A stretch of 62,611 bases of DNA, filler included, from Diploschistes diacapsis (GCA_023645945.1; 25 parts of 25 records of this genome joined end to end with filler, not necessarily neighbours in it), one strand, 5' to 3'. Shown: positions 12,478 to 25,537, counted from the whole stretch's first letter. A program made the numbers and translations. Notes: generated by a model not told the origin, from the sequence alone.

Positions 12478-15400
12478 ATGATGAGCGCGCAACGTCGGCC
12501 TCTTGCGCACGCATCAGCTGGCACCCTGCTCTCTAATGGGAACCAGGATACCTCGTCGATGAGTCGGGCAGAGAAGTTCGAGGACGAGAAAAGGCGAATC
12601 ATCGACAGCTGCTTCACAAGGCGGGAGCCTGACGGTGCGTGTGAGTAACCTCTGCAGCTGGTCAAGTGCTAGCAGATACTGACGACATTGCATTAGTTGC
12701 GGAGTCATACATCACTCATATTCGAATTACGGAAGATGCGTCTTCGCCCTCTGCACCACCGTCCCCAGAGTCAGCAGTAGAGAACAAAAAATCTCGCGCA
12801 GTAATTGTCTCGGTGAAACGATCAGGCAGAGTCAGACTTCACAAAGCTCGAGAAAACAACAATGGAACATTCTCCATTGGCAAAACATGGGTCTTGGATG
12901 ACCTGTCGGCTATCGAGTCTTACACGGGAGCAATACCAACTTCATACGAAGAGCAGCAGCGTAAAGAGTGGGCGGGAGAGACCGGTGTCTTGGTAACGAT
13001 TCAGAAGCCCTATTTCTGGCAAACAGCTACTGCCAAAGAGAAGGACTTTTTCATTGGAAGCTTAGTTAAGATATATCGGAAGTATACCAAAGGTCGTGAG
13101 CCCCAACTGACCGGCTTCACTCCACGCGAGCTGGCGGAATTTTCGAGTACGCCAGCGCAACGCCCGAGACCTAGTCAGCCTCCTTCAGCTTCGCCAAGCC
13201 CTGCACCGTCTTATCCTACCCCGCCGCCATTCGAGCCGCCAACTCCTCCGTACGGTGGGGGCCAGCCTGCGCAATCGCCTCGACCATTGCCGGACGCCAA
13301 TGGCGCTGCCAGTCATGACCTTCGGCCTCCATCTTCCGGATCCACCAGTACTAGAGATGCAGAGTCACGAGAGCGGCCACCGCTACCTGATATTAACCGG
13401 ACAGATTCATCGCAGGGCCTGAGACCGCGAGATCCAGCTGGACGCGTGCAAAAGCTTCGGAGTGGTTCAAACTCAAGCTCGAGACAAGAAGCGCTTCGGC
13501 CCGTGACTCCACGAAATGATCCATCAGCACGGGTACCTGGACCAGACTCCAGCTATGAGTCCCTGCCTAATGGTAGGTTTGACAACCATCCGTCCCCGAC
13601 CGTGAATATGGAGCGCCCTAGGGCAAATGGTGCCCACTCACCTTTTCCGCGGAAAGATGCAGGACCGTTTCCCCCGCCTGAAATACAACTTTCTCCCGGT
13701 CCAAAGTCACCAGAGCGAAAACCAAGCAATTCCAATCAACAAAGACAGCGCCCACCCTCGCCAAGCGGTGAAGCCCTCCCGGAGCGTAGAAGACCCCCTT
13801 TGCTCCCTGCAGAAGCCACACAAGAGGAGTTGGGAAAGACGACGCCTGGAGACTTTGCGATGCCGAACGTGGAGCTCTCGCCTGAATCGAATAATGGTAC
13901 GTCTGTCCATCAAACTGATAATGTACCAGACGGGCAACCGAAAAGATCTGCTGCAGATTTCTTCATGACTGCAAGCAAACGCATGAAAGATCTAGAAGCT
14001 AAACGACCCACACCGATTGCCACGGAATCGGTTTCAGAGACTCCAACGGAGATGAAGGGCTTCTCAGAGGCATTGTCCACGTTGTCTTCACCGTCCGAAG
14101 CACCAAGTTCCCCCGAGGAGAGCCATCGGCCTGGCCTAGGGCCTATGATACGCAAAAAGAAGTCTTCAAAAGAGGTTGCAACCGCATTCCGTAAGGCGGC
14201 TATGGCCCATAACGCGTTCAAGCCACGGCTCGGAGGGGCTGCGGATCGTTTGAGAGATGAGCTCGCCAAGACTCCCAATACGCCGGATGGGGTTCATGGT
14301 GTTTTTGTGGCCCCTACAAAAGAGACTCTCAAGAACCCGATGCCTCCCACTGCTGTTGTCACACCAGAAGTGACGTCTGCCGAAATGATCGATATTACGC
14401 AAAGTTCTACCGAGCCTTCCGCTCCTCCTCCTGTCGAAGTAAAGCGCGCAAATGCTTTGCCGGATGTTGGTCCAATCTCGATACCAGGGGGTGAAGAGAA
14501 CATAGAACGGGCGGTGCCTGCTAATGTTAAGGAAGAACAGCCGAAGAGACGGCGCTCGGATTATTCGGCAAAATACGCGAAGGCACTTGGCATTGATCCT
14601 TTACTTTTGGAAGGAAGGACATTAGAGATTGATTCCGTCTTGACTGACTTTGGTTGGACTGATGGCGAGAGGATGAAGAAGTCATTTGACGATCTCCAGA
14701 CAGATATTCGTAGGGATCTGGCCAAGATTGAAACCGGTAGTTGGTTAGGAAGCTTCGAACACGGTGACGAGAGAGTGCTGGCAGTAGACAAATTGCTAGA
14801 CAAGGCTATCGCCGAGTGTGATGAGCTTGATGGTTTGCTGACACTTTATAACGTTGAGCTTGGGGTATGTGCCCTTCATTGCGATTTTGGACTTAGACTA
14901 ATTCAGCATAGACACTAGCCGACGATGTCGCCTACATTGAAGCCCAGTCCCAAGGGTTGCAAGTTCAGACGGCCAATCAGCGATTACTTCAAACAGAGCT
15001 CAATAATCTCCTACAGACTATCTCCATTTCTCCTTCGCAGCTCAGCATCTTGCGTGAGACTAAGCTCGGCCAGTGGGATGGAATTCAGGAAATTGGCGCT
15101 GCACTGGTTCAGCTGTATCGGGCCATGCTGACAATCGACCCTAACCTTGGGCAGCATAATCGACAGGGAACTGTCGATCGGTCATTAACTTCAATTGGCA
15201 ACGAAGTCAGCACCATGAGGGCAGTCCAGGAGAAGAAGGAAGGATATCGGAAGGAGAGCATTGTGTTCATTCGGCGTTTCAACGAATACATGACAACGAA
15301 GTTTGAGAGATTTGAAGGCGAAGTAGGGCGTTCGTTGGAAACAAAACCGGCCAAACCTTCCATGGAGTCTAAAATAGATTATAGCAGACGAGAAACATAT

Positions 15401-17000
15401 CGGGCAGACTTCAGGCGATATTCTGCCTTCGTTCTGTTTGCGCGAGAAATAGAAGCGCAAGAGTCCGATAAGCTTCTCAGTAACTACGTGAAGTCTGCGA
15501 AAAGGCCTTACGATATGGAGTTCAAAGAGGTCGAGTCTGAATGGAAAAAGGCGGCGAGGCGACTAACGGGGGAGGACCAGGACTTCCTATTCACTACCCA
15601 GGAAAAGGAGAGCGAAGGAATTGGTCGTAAGTTGACTGTAAAGCGGACAAAAACAATACGGGAAGGACCACGAAATATCAGCGGAGACAAGATCCAGGAT
15701 GGGAAAATTCCAGGCTACCAAGCCTTTGCGAATGCGCTGGCAGACACGTCTCAAGCTATCTTTCTCGAGCAGAATTTTATAGTTGATCTCTTTCACCTTT
15801 CTTCGCTAGAAACTGCCGATTTCCCGGATGTGGTAGAAAACATGATCAATGGCAATAACAAGGGGCGCGACCTAACTGAAAAGCGAACCTTCGAGGCTGA
15901 TCGAAACAAGGCAAAGCTAGTCAAATCGCTTATGGATAGCATATTCTCTTCCTGGCCAAACGACCTACAGCGTCTTGTTGACTTACTATTCGAGCAGGAC
16001 AAGTTGTAAGTTTCTCGGTCGAGTGGCTGTCGCTAAAGCTTTACTAACCCGGTACAGACAAGCTGTTGGTCTGCTGTTTGCGATCGAATGCAGAAGGGCC
16101 GATCTCGGTGACTCCGACCAGGAATACATCACCTCAGCTCTCGATAAGGTTCATTTGAAGCTGGAGAAGGATTTCAACGACTTCATCGAAGAGCAAATCT
16201 CGGCCATTCGCAGTCAAATGGTGAAGATGAACAAGCGCAAAGGCGTGATTGCTTTCATGAAAACGTTCCCGCTCTTCTCCGCCAATATTGAAAGCATGCT
16301 CGTGCCATCACTGTCGAATACTTGCGATGTTCGCAACCTCGTCAATGATGTCTACGTCAAGGTCAATAAGGCAATGTTCGATACATTGAAGTTTATCGCG
16401 AAAGAAGCAGGCGTTGGCATGAGCACTCAGAAATCGCAAGTCCAGATCGCCGGCGACACTGAAGACAAGGAAATATTGAACTACCATATCCTCATGATCG
16501 AAAACATGAATCATTACTTGGAAGGTCTGGACATCAGGGGCAACCCTGTTTTATCGCAATGGAGAGGGACCGCCCTAAAGGAGATGAACGAGCACATGGA
16601 TCTCTACCTTAGCGCAGTGATTCGGCGGCCTTTGGGCAAACTGCTCGATTTTCTCGAGTCCACAGAATCCCTGATGGCCGCAGCGCCCAACGGTCCAGCA
16701 TCGATAGCAAGCCGGGCATCGCACTCGCGATCTACATTCAAGAAGCTGTTGTCGACGTACGACGCAAGGGAAATAAACAAGGGGATCGATACGCTCAAGA
16801 AGCGAATCATCAAACATTACGGCGAGGCGGACGAGCCTGGCCTCAGTCAGGATCTTATTACGAAGGTATTCAGAGAGTGTAACGAGAGATACCTTGGCAT
16901 GTACGATCGCATATCGCGGATCGTGGCTGAGGTGTATGAGGGTGAGTTGGAAATCGAGTTCAAGCGAGGAGATATACCAAGGGCCTTTGGGCTCGAGTGA
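12478..17000 (+). CDS. SEC3: Exocyst subunit Sec3, 4 exons: ~12478-12640, 12697-14864, 14912-16005, 16058-17000
   Basis: SRAEKFEDEKRRIIDSCF, PH-like domain (VRLHKARENNNGTFSIGKTW.LDDL), DELDGLLTLYNVELG|TLADDVAYIEAQSQGLQVQTANQ, LNYHILMIENMNHY. Introns splice in frame. Confidence 0.96.
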
Positions 17001-17452
17001 TTTAGCGATTGGAAGTCTTTGGCATTGCATTGAAAAAATGGTCACGAGTCTTAGTTGTACATACATTCTCCGCATATGCATACGAGCCTGTCTACGTTTG
17101 GTAAGTCGAACTGTTCACTCCCCTAGTGAGGGTTATGCCCTAAGCATATTGGAGAGGGTTTTTGAAGCTCTCTCCTGAATGAAGACGCTGAAAACCACCC
17201 CAAGACTTTACCGTGTCCTAAGTCTGGGTTTCTGCTTGGTACAACTTTTCCCTGTTTCCTACGTCTAAAAGTCCATTTATGCCACTGGTACAAGCTCCCA
17301 AAACCTAACTCTAATCCCCGAAATCTCCATTCAGTATCTTTTCCCCTGCGTCACCAGCTCGCCGCTAGATTTCATATAGTCTAACTTTTTCCCTTGATTG
17401 TTATGGTTCTGCAAACTGTACTGCTCAGCCTACTAAAACCGCAAAAAAACCG

Positions 17453-18709
17453 ATGCCTCTAACGGTCCTGTCAGACAAGGAGATCTCGGATCTCCTACAC
17501 TCGCTCACAAAAGAGGACATCGAGCGCCTGCAGCACAACCTAGCCGAAGCCCTGCACTCCTACTCCACCCGCACCCAAGATGAAACCTCGGCCTGCTCCC
17601 AGAACCAGCCCCTCCGCACCTCCATCACCACCCACGACGCCACCACCCTCTTCATGCCCGCCCGCACCGAATCTCTAACCGGCGTCAAGGTCGTCACCGT
17701 CGGCAAGTCCTCCTCATTCTCCGCTTCCGCCTCCACCCCCGCGAACCTCAGCACCAGCACCAGCACCACATCATCCTCCTCCGATCCCCCACCAAACGAC
17801 ATCCCTACCCCGCAAACGCAGTCCCAAGCCAACACCAACACCAACACCAACAAGCCAAGCACCAAACCAACCGGAACCCTAACCCTCCTCACCGCCACCG
17901 GCGCCCCCCACGCCTTCCTCTCCGCCACGACCCTCACGCCCTTCCGCACCGCTCTCGCCAGCACTTTGCTCCTCCGCAAGCGGCGGCGGGTGCGGACGGT
18001 GCTGGTCCTGGGCGCGGGCGCGCAGGCGTACTGGCACCTGCGGCTCTCGCTCCTGCTGCGGGGCGGGGAGATGGAGCAGGTGCGGATCGCGACGCGGTCG
18101 TTCGCGTCGTCGGGCTCGCCGCTGCTGGCGTGCATCTACACGGACCCGCGCTGGAGCGCGCTGCGGCGCGCGAACGCGAAGCTCGGCTTCAGCGCGCTGG
18201 GCCGCGAGCACGCCGACTACGAGCGGCTGCTGAAGGCCTACGTGCGCGACGCCGACGTGCTGTTCGGCTGCTCGCCCGCCACCGAGCCCTGGTTCCCGGC
18301 CGGCTATCTGACCTCGCCCGAGGGCCGCCGCAAGGGCCGCTACGTGTGTCTGGTCGGCTCGTATCGGCCCGAGATGCGGGAGGTGGAGGCGGAGGTGCTG
18401 CGCTGTGCGGTGCGCGAGACGGCGGCGGGGACGGTGCATACGCACAAGCATGCTGGGACGGGGGGCGCGGTGGTGGTGGACAGCTTGGAAGGGTGCCTGA
18501 GCGAGGCGGGGGAGGTGATTGAGGCCGGTCTGGGGCCCGAGAAGTTGGTGGAGTTGGGGGAGCTGATTGTGGTGAGGAAGGCGGAGAGGAGGGAGGGGAC
18601 TGTTGTGTATAAGTGCGTGGGGATTGGGGTTATGGATCTGTGTGTTGGAGGGGATGTGGTTGAGTTGGCTAGGGAGAGGGGGATTGGGACGACGATTGAG
18701 GGCTTTTAA
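17453..18709 (+). CDS. prnX: Ornithine cyclodeaminase/mu-crystallin family protein (PrnX-like), intronless
   Basis: TTLFMP, GVKVV, LTPFRTALAS, Rossmann GAGAQAYWH, VGSYRPEMRE, VYKCVGIGVMDL motifs. Confidence 0.85.
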   Translation: MPLTVLSDKEISDLLHSLTKEDIERLQHNLAEALHSYSTRTQDETSACSQNQPLRTSITTHDATTLFMPARTESLTGVKVVTVGKSSSFSASASTPANLSTSTSTTSSSSDPPPNDIPTPQTQSQANTNTNTNKPSTKPTGTLTLLTATGAPHAFLSATTLTPFRTALASTLLLRKRRRVRTVLVLGAGAQAYWHLRLSLLLRGGEMEQVRIATRSFASSGSPLLACIYTDPRWSALRRANAKLGFSALGREHADYERLLKAYVRDADVLFGCSPATEPWFPAGYLTSPEGRRKGRYVCLVGSYRPEMREVEAEVLRCAVRETAAGTVHTHKHAGTGGAVVVDSLEGCLSEAGEVIEAGLGPEKLVELGELIVVRKAERREGTVVYKCVGIGVMDLCVGGDVVELARERGIGTTIEGF

Positions 18710-18913
18710 GGAGAGGGGTAGAGAGGCTGGGGACTTTGGTGCACACACGGCTGGAGAGGAACATCTGATTCATGTAGGGTGAAAGTGTATAATCAACTGA
18801 TTCCGAGAGTAACAAGGCAAGAGATTAAAACAAGCGAGCGCCCGCTGAGCATTCTTGCTAAGAGCGGATATCAAAGCGCATTTCGCCTCACAGGAGTCGT
18901 CAACTCCGCTGAA

Positions 18914-21900
18914 TTACTCTTCTGTTTCAATCAACTCCTCTTCCGCCCCATTGGTGCCATTTGCCCCGTTCACAGCTGGCTCTTCAGCTCCGTCAACACC
19001 CACCAGATTGCCCTCTTTTGAGCCGCCTTCCTTCTCCAGCTGTAGATATTCGTCCCATTTTGGGAACAGCTCCCAGTCTTCCTCCGGCACACCAACGAGC
19101 TTTGCAACTTTACCCTTCCCATCCTTCTCAAGCCCTTCCTTCCACTTGATAGCGGTCTCCGCGGCGCGACTGGGCTTGTAGGTCTGTGCAAAAAGTATAG
19201 CCTCTGCAGTTCTGTTAGTTTTTGTCAACAGGTCAATGCAGCCATCAACATCTGCAAGCTGCCAGAGACATGTAAAGGCGACGTTGTTCAGGTTTGCTTC
19301 CTGAGCTTGCTCTGACAGTTTCCGAAGGCCCTTCTTGTTCGCGGTCGAGGTGTATAGGAGCAGCAAACTACCCAAATCTTTGGCATGTACAAAGCACTCT
19401 TCTGCCAGTGCAATGTCGAAACTTGAGAGCGCTGCATCGCCGACGGTCTTCCAGCGATGCTCGACATCAGCTGACCGTGCAATTTCAAGGGCTATAGGGA
19501 GTTTCCCAAGCGCGAGAGCCAAGTCAAATCGGTGTTCTGGATCTTTTGCAACCTCTAATGCCAACTGTTTTTCACCTTGCCCTTCCAAAAAGCGTGCGAT
19601 CTTATTCTTTTGATCATCGTGGATGTCAACAAGGAGCTCAGCTGCCGCTTCCATCTCTCCCCTGAGAACTAGGGTCTGATACTCCACAACAGACAATGAC
19701 AAAGCAAAGGACTGAACTGCGACATCCTTGTTTGCGACGTAGACCCGACCATCTCGAGGAAGATAGCCAAGCATGTACATCGGCTGGTCGAAGTGGGAGA
19801 TGGTGTATGTCTGATCGCCGACCAGGTAGTTGAGTCGGTTGGTTGAATTTGTGTAGATAAAACAGTCTCCTACCCACTGACCAGTTCGGACTGATTCGTT
19901 TACATCCGTAACCAATTCGAAAGCAGCTTCTACTCCGTCATCTTCCACTTGGCCGGCGTTTAGAGCCTCCACATACGCTTCGCGAGAGAACCGTAAAACA
20001 TAGAACGTATCTTTGCAGGCAAGCGTCACCAGTTCGCCACTCTCAGACCAGTAAACCTGCAAGCTTTAGCTACATGCTCACGTTGGAGGGGTGGTATGCA
20101 CTTACTTTTTTCGGGTCCACTTCTATCCTCCGCACAAGAGCTCCGCTGTCCCAATCAAAGAAAGCAATACCGCCCTGGCCCCTAACACCCAACAGTACAC
20201 CACCGGAGATTCCTTCAGCGCTAAAACCAACATCGAGACCTCCGGGCCTTTCCTTGAATTTCTTGAAGATCTTTACGCTCATGGTAGATTCTCGAATTGC
20301 ATAGTCGTCGGTGTTGTCTTTGGATCCCCAAGCAAAGTCCAAAGCCGAACCGAATGCCTTATTTCTCCAAGCGAGAGCGGTATAGATGATGTATTCGCCG
20401 TCACCAACCGCTGCCACGAACCGTCCATTCGGTGAATGCATTAACGTTTGAGGGTAGATCTCGCAATTCCCTAGTTCTTTCCGCGACAGAGTGATGGGCG
20501 TGGCATCCTTGACGCTTTGGTCGCTGCCTCGAATTACCGAAGATAGGATCTCATTTTGGTGAGCCCAGATTATCTTCCCTGAACTGTCCATGGACACAGC
20601 AGGTTCTTCCCTTCCCATTGAGACAACCACGGCACCATCATCGAATCCGATTGCTATACCTTGCCTGCCCCTCTGGTATGAGGCACACCAAGCCCTCTCC
20701 AACCCATACCTTGACTCGTGTCAGCGATGCTCATAAGTCCTCAGAGCAGCAGATGTGAAGATTTCACGATAGCTGCGTGGGACTTAACGCAGCGTGATGT
20801 TCGAACTCAATACTTACGTTAAGTTCTGCTCTAGCCTGAATGTGTTTGCATGCCAAATCTAAGGCAAGTTAGTTCGGCAAGGACAAGACCGTTATCTACT
20901 GGCCTTGACAGTCCCATCTTCAGAGCCAGATATGATGATGGGCAGTTCTGGATGCCAGCAAGCAAAGGACACATTACTGGTATGACCTTCAAGAGTTCCG
21001 ACGAGAGATTTGTTCGTGTAGTCCCAAATTTTGACACTGCGGTCGTCGGAAGTAGTCACAAGGTACGGCTTGTCGCTCTGTGGGTAGTAATCCACATGGT
21101 TGACCCCCTTAGACTCGTGTGCCTCAATCGTATAATTTGCGTGCGGGCTTCCTAGACTCCAGATTTTGACAGTCCTGTCCAAGCATGCAGAGGCGAATTG
21201 GTTGGTATCTTTCGGGTTGATTGCTGCGGAACGTCTCAGTAGATGCATGCGATCAGGTGTAGGGAGACAGACCCAAGCCCATCACGTAGTGGGCATGTCC
21301 CTCGAAGACTTGGACGCACTTCCATTCTTTCTCTACTAACAATTAGCAATCGCATAGAGGGCGAACACGGAGAGACGAACCCCAGCTCCAACACTTTATA
21401 CTCATATCGTCACTGGCGGTGAGGACGAAGGGCTGGGTGGGGTGTACGACGATTGCCCGTATGTAGTCAGGATGCGCCTCAAAGGCCGTGATCTTCTCGG
21501 AGGTGTTGTAGTTGAAGACTCGCAGGTGGAAATCATCGCTGCCGCAGACAATCCAATTCTTCCTGGCAATAAAACGCCCCGCTCGTACGGGTACGTCCGC
21601 GAGCTCGAATTTTTTGACAACGGCCTGTAGCTAGAAGTTAGCCGATGCCCATACCCTCCTTGACTCGGACGTACTTGGGTTACAAAGGACCAGATATTGG
21701 CATGCCCTACCTCTTCTTGTCAGCCTCTTCCCCGGCACAGGCATACGATTTGGAGAAATAACAGACCGCTGTAGAGGGTTGTAAGAATCTATGGTCAGTT
21801 AGCAAAGGCACTCTCACAGTAGAGGGGAGCTACCTACCCATGGCTCTGTAGGATGGAAGTCGATGCCTTTGACCCTCTCGGATCGGGCCAGAAGCTGCCG

Positions 21901-21994
21901 CTGCAATTGGAAGATGCTGTTAGTGCATGACATGGCTCGAGAGGTACGGGAAAAGGAGGCACTCTATATCACGAACTTTGACATCTAGGCGCAT
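18914..21994 (-). CDS. SEC27: Coatomer subunit beta', ~10 exons
   Basis: [35 protein letters not shown]..., WD40 repeats, [41 protein letters not shown]. The exon chain can be traced from the ATG at 21994 to the stop at 18914. Confidence 0.97.
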
Positions 21995-22933
21995 GACTGC
22001 GGTTGTGCTCCGATGCTCATGCAGTAAGCCGTAGCTGAGGTAGAGGCTTGGTGCCTAAAGTCGTAAGATGCTCTGTTGAACCTGTGAACAACGAGAGAAG
22101 GCTTTATATTCCCTAGCTCAAAGGTTAGAGTTCTTCCAGGCACCGGCATCTGCACTTCAAGCCACCATTGTATCGATGGAGGATTTGATACTTGGCAGCC
22201 TGGTGGCATCTACAACTACATCGGTACTTGATGGTGGGGTCCCACTGGAGACCCTCCTCCGAACCAGGTACTATCAAAGTTCATGAACAGTCATACAAGG
22301 GTTAGAGTTTCAATCTGAGTTGTCCTGCTTACAAGGCACATCTCCAGCTGCAAGCATGTATAGTCGAGCTCGGATGTATTTTCAAGCGCTCAATTCTTCT
22401 CTCCTCTATTCAACTACAGATATTTATCCGCCGTTTTACTGTAATTCTCCTAGAGCTTCTGCTCGACCCTAGCTGATAAATAACAGCACAACATTGCTGT
22501 ATTTTATCCAAAACGCGATCTGGCCCGTCTGAATGCGGAGTTCTGCTCTTTATAGTGTATGCGGTATCTCGATCGGCTTCTACTAGGCAAGTTTAATTCA
22601 AAGGCGTAGTCAGTGCTCCAGACGGACTTTGCTAGTACAGGGAGACTGATTCGCGGTAACTCCGATAGCTTGCCTAGGAGACTTCTTGTTGGCCATGCTA
22701 AAAGATGAGTGCAATGTTGCGAGAACAGGATGTGATTAGGACCCATTGGGACCCATTGGGACCCTATTAGATCGCCTAAGCGCCTACTCGAGCCTTAACG
22801 ATGGCATTCCGTTCAGGGATGTCGGTTGCAAGCGGATAGTTTCTTTCGGTTTCCTTAACTGACTCTGTCCAAATTGGGTGTCTTTACTATACCTGAAGCT
22901 GAGACAAGCGCCATCTCAGTTATATCTAAAAAC

Positions 22934-23605
22934 TTAATCTGTGGTTGATGGCCCCTCAAACAGTGTTTCCTGATCTGTATTCTTGCTCCTCCAGCCAAGA
23001 TAAAGCTTGAACTCGTCCGGGTCGGCAAAGTTACCAAGGTGTCCAGAGTTTCTCTTAGCCTGATCAGATGCAAGAGTGATGTAATGCTCTTCAATGTCGC
23101 TTTCGTTGTTGGTATTATCAGTCTGGTTGGAATCTGCTGCAGCCCGAAAATGCAGCGAAAGCATACAACGTCGAAGTCGCTTGCCTGGGGGGAGCTTGCG
23201 CGTGGTGCTCTGGACTGAGGCAACTTTCATTAAAGGCGCTCTACCAAGTCGATTGGCGTTGAATTCTTCTGCGGAAAGCGGAGAGCGTGGTGCCGGCGTT
23301 GTGGATGGTGAGATCGACTCATCGTCCGCGTCTCCGTCGACCGACAACGACGGAACCGCAATCACGAGCGACGGCTTGGAGAGCTTGCTTTTCTTACGAA
23401 ATGCTGCCGGCGGTATGCTGCGGATGTAGCGCGGTAGAAGCGGCTCGGTTTCTCGTCTGCTAGCAGGTACATACCGAGTTCGAGGGCTCCATCTCCAAAT
23501 TCTCCGCGCGGAGCACATGAAGGAGATGCCAATAATGAGGACAGCGACCGATATCACCAGGACTGGAGCCATTATACCTATCACCTCATCCGCCACAAGA
23601 GACAT
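22934..23605 (-). CDS. Hypothetical single-pass membrane protein (~223 aa)
   Basis: Long ORF. The ATG at 23605 precedes a hydrophobic helix (VIGIMAPVLVISVAVLIIGISFMC), a basic stop-transfer segment and an ETEPLL dileucine-like motif. Confidence 0.55.
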   Translation of the reverse strand: MSLVADEVIGIMAPVLVISVAVLIIGISFMCSARRIWRWSPRTRYVPASRRETEPLLPRYIRSIPPAAFRKKSKLSKPSLVIAVPSLSVDGDADDESISPSTTPAPRSPLSAEEFNANRLGRAPLMKVASVQSTTRKLPPGKRLRRCMLSLHFRAAADSNQTDNTNNESDIEEHYITLASDQAKRNSGHLGNFADPDEFKLYLGWRSKNTDQETLFEGPSTTD

Positions 23606-24474
23606 CTTTGGGATAAAGATGTCTGGATCGTGATGGAGCGATTCCAAGCGTGTAGGGATACTGTGAAAACTGCAGCGATAATTATAGGTGATTAAGCGCA
23701 CAGGCACAGTTTGACGAAAGATAGAATGAGAAATTAGCATACCCATCATAACCTTTTGTACCCCGTGCAAATTTGACGTGGTTAACCCTTCCACCTGGTC
23801 GTTTGCAGTGTGGACTGAGCAAGACCCCATCTCGGTACCAACAGGCAAGCTTTGGAGAGCAAATTATTTACTGGGTTGAGAAGTTGAGGAGCCAGACCAT
23901 ATGGTGGCCTTTGCATCTCGACGCTCTCCGGAGCGTCGGGATACATGGGAGTATTTCAAATATCCAGCAGCATTTTCGATATCTCCGGAGACAGCTGCTC
24001 CAAGGACATGAAGTGGGAGAGTATGCAGGAATGGAATGGTCAAAGTACATTAGGGCTAGCTTTCATCTCTCAGCAACTAAGATGCACGGAGTTTCTGGGT
24101 TTGATGAGTCTTGAGCAACAATATTATATGGGGAAAGCAACGTATTTCTGATTGCTACTGATTGTTGTACGTACGCACGTGCTTGCATTAGGGTTAAAAG
24201 AGATCAAATGTGCCAAGCGCTGTATCCCGTTTTTAGCCTAGCACAGCCAGGCAGACTCGGTTGTCTAGGGAGCCTGCCTGAAAAGGTAAACAAGCGGTCC
24301 GTGCAATGTTTGCAGTAGAAAGCATTGAACAAAACCGACTCTCCTCCACTGCTCACTCATCGCAACCCATCCCAACGTTGAACATCCTGCTCTGTCTATA
24401 CAGCCCTTTCCAACCGCAACGCTTATCCACTTGAGACCACTCCAACTACATTCCTCTTCTCCCAAAAATAAACA

Positions 24475-25216
24475 ATGGTGAGTCCGCCCCCTCCCCGCAA
24501 CACCTACATACCACGAAACCGACACATTCCAACCCATAATGGCTGCGGACCACCTCGTCACGCGCTCCAAGAGTGCCCACAGTTCACCGCGCAAGATCAC
24601 TGAACGCGAGATACAGGCTTCAACAAACTACAAGGAGGCCTTTGCGCTGTTCGACAAGCGCGGCAACGGCCGGGTCGATCTCGCGCTGCTGGGCGATCTG
24701 CTGCGTGCGTGCGGGCAGAACCCGACGCTGGCGGAAATCCATGATTTGGAGAAGAGCGTTGGCGGAGATTGTGAGTGACTCTGTGTCATGAAAATTATGG
24801 CGGATGGTGGTCAGGGCTAATGGCTTGGTGTTCTGCAGTTGACTTTGAGTCCTTCCAGAAAGTGCTGAACAGACCTGGCGGCTTCCGCGACCCGGGTGAG
24901 CCTGAGGAATACTGTCGCGGGTTTCAGGTCTTTGATAAGGATATGACTGGTTTCATTGGGGTTGGGCAACTACGATACAGTATGACTGATACTTGATGCT
25001 TGTTGTTGGGGGGGGGGGAGCTATTACTAACGGCTTAAAGTTCTCACTAACCTCGGCGAGAAGATGAGTGACGAGGAAGTCGACGAGCTATTGAAAGCCG
25101 TCGATACTAGTAGTGGAGAGATCAACTACACTGGTATGATCCCGCTTCTTCAGAACACGCCTCAAGCTCCAGCTGACAATGCCCCAGACCTGGTCCGAAC
25201 AATCCTTGCTAACTAG
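24475..25216 (+). CDS. cdc4: Myosin light chain Cdc4/Mlc1 (EF-hand), 5 exons: 24475-24477, 24617-24770, 24839-24979, 25041-25113, ~25188-25216
   Basis: M|ASTNYKEAFALFDKRGNGRV...LRACGQNPTLAEI...FDFESFQKVLNRPGGFRDPGEPEEYCRGFQVFDKDMTGFIGVGQLRY|ILTNLGEKMSDEEVDELLK...DLVRTILAN*. Confidence 0.96.
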
Positions 25217-25537
25217 ATATCGTTCTTTCCGGGTTTAGCGTGGTTTGATGTTCATACTTCCATGTGCATATCATGACATGGCGTTTTAGCGTTCTGGCTT
25301 GAGGATTATGGATGGGCCATAGAGCAGGTGGATCGGCTGCCTGGTAGTTAGTATCAACGAAGCAATACATACGAGATGATGAATACTCCGAGCTGCAACG
25401 TCCATCAAATTTCTTTATCTGCAAATAGTTCTTATTATGGTTTCCACGCCCTTGCCATATCCTTGTACTTTTCCACTTTCCTCAAAACGAGGAGGGTGCC
25501 ATGCAGCCTTTTCTCCCTATCTCTCCCCTGTATCTTC

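Noticed and set aside
22738..22765. GGACCCATTG short tandem duplication and scattered single TTAGGG motifs
   Set aside because: Too short to support a function; no telomeric array.
12478..25216. SEC3, SEC27 and myosin light chain as a trafficking cluster
   Set aside because: Ordinary housekeeping neighbours with no visible shared regulatory signal.
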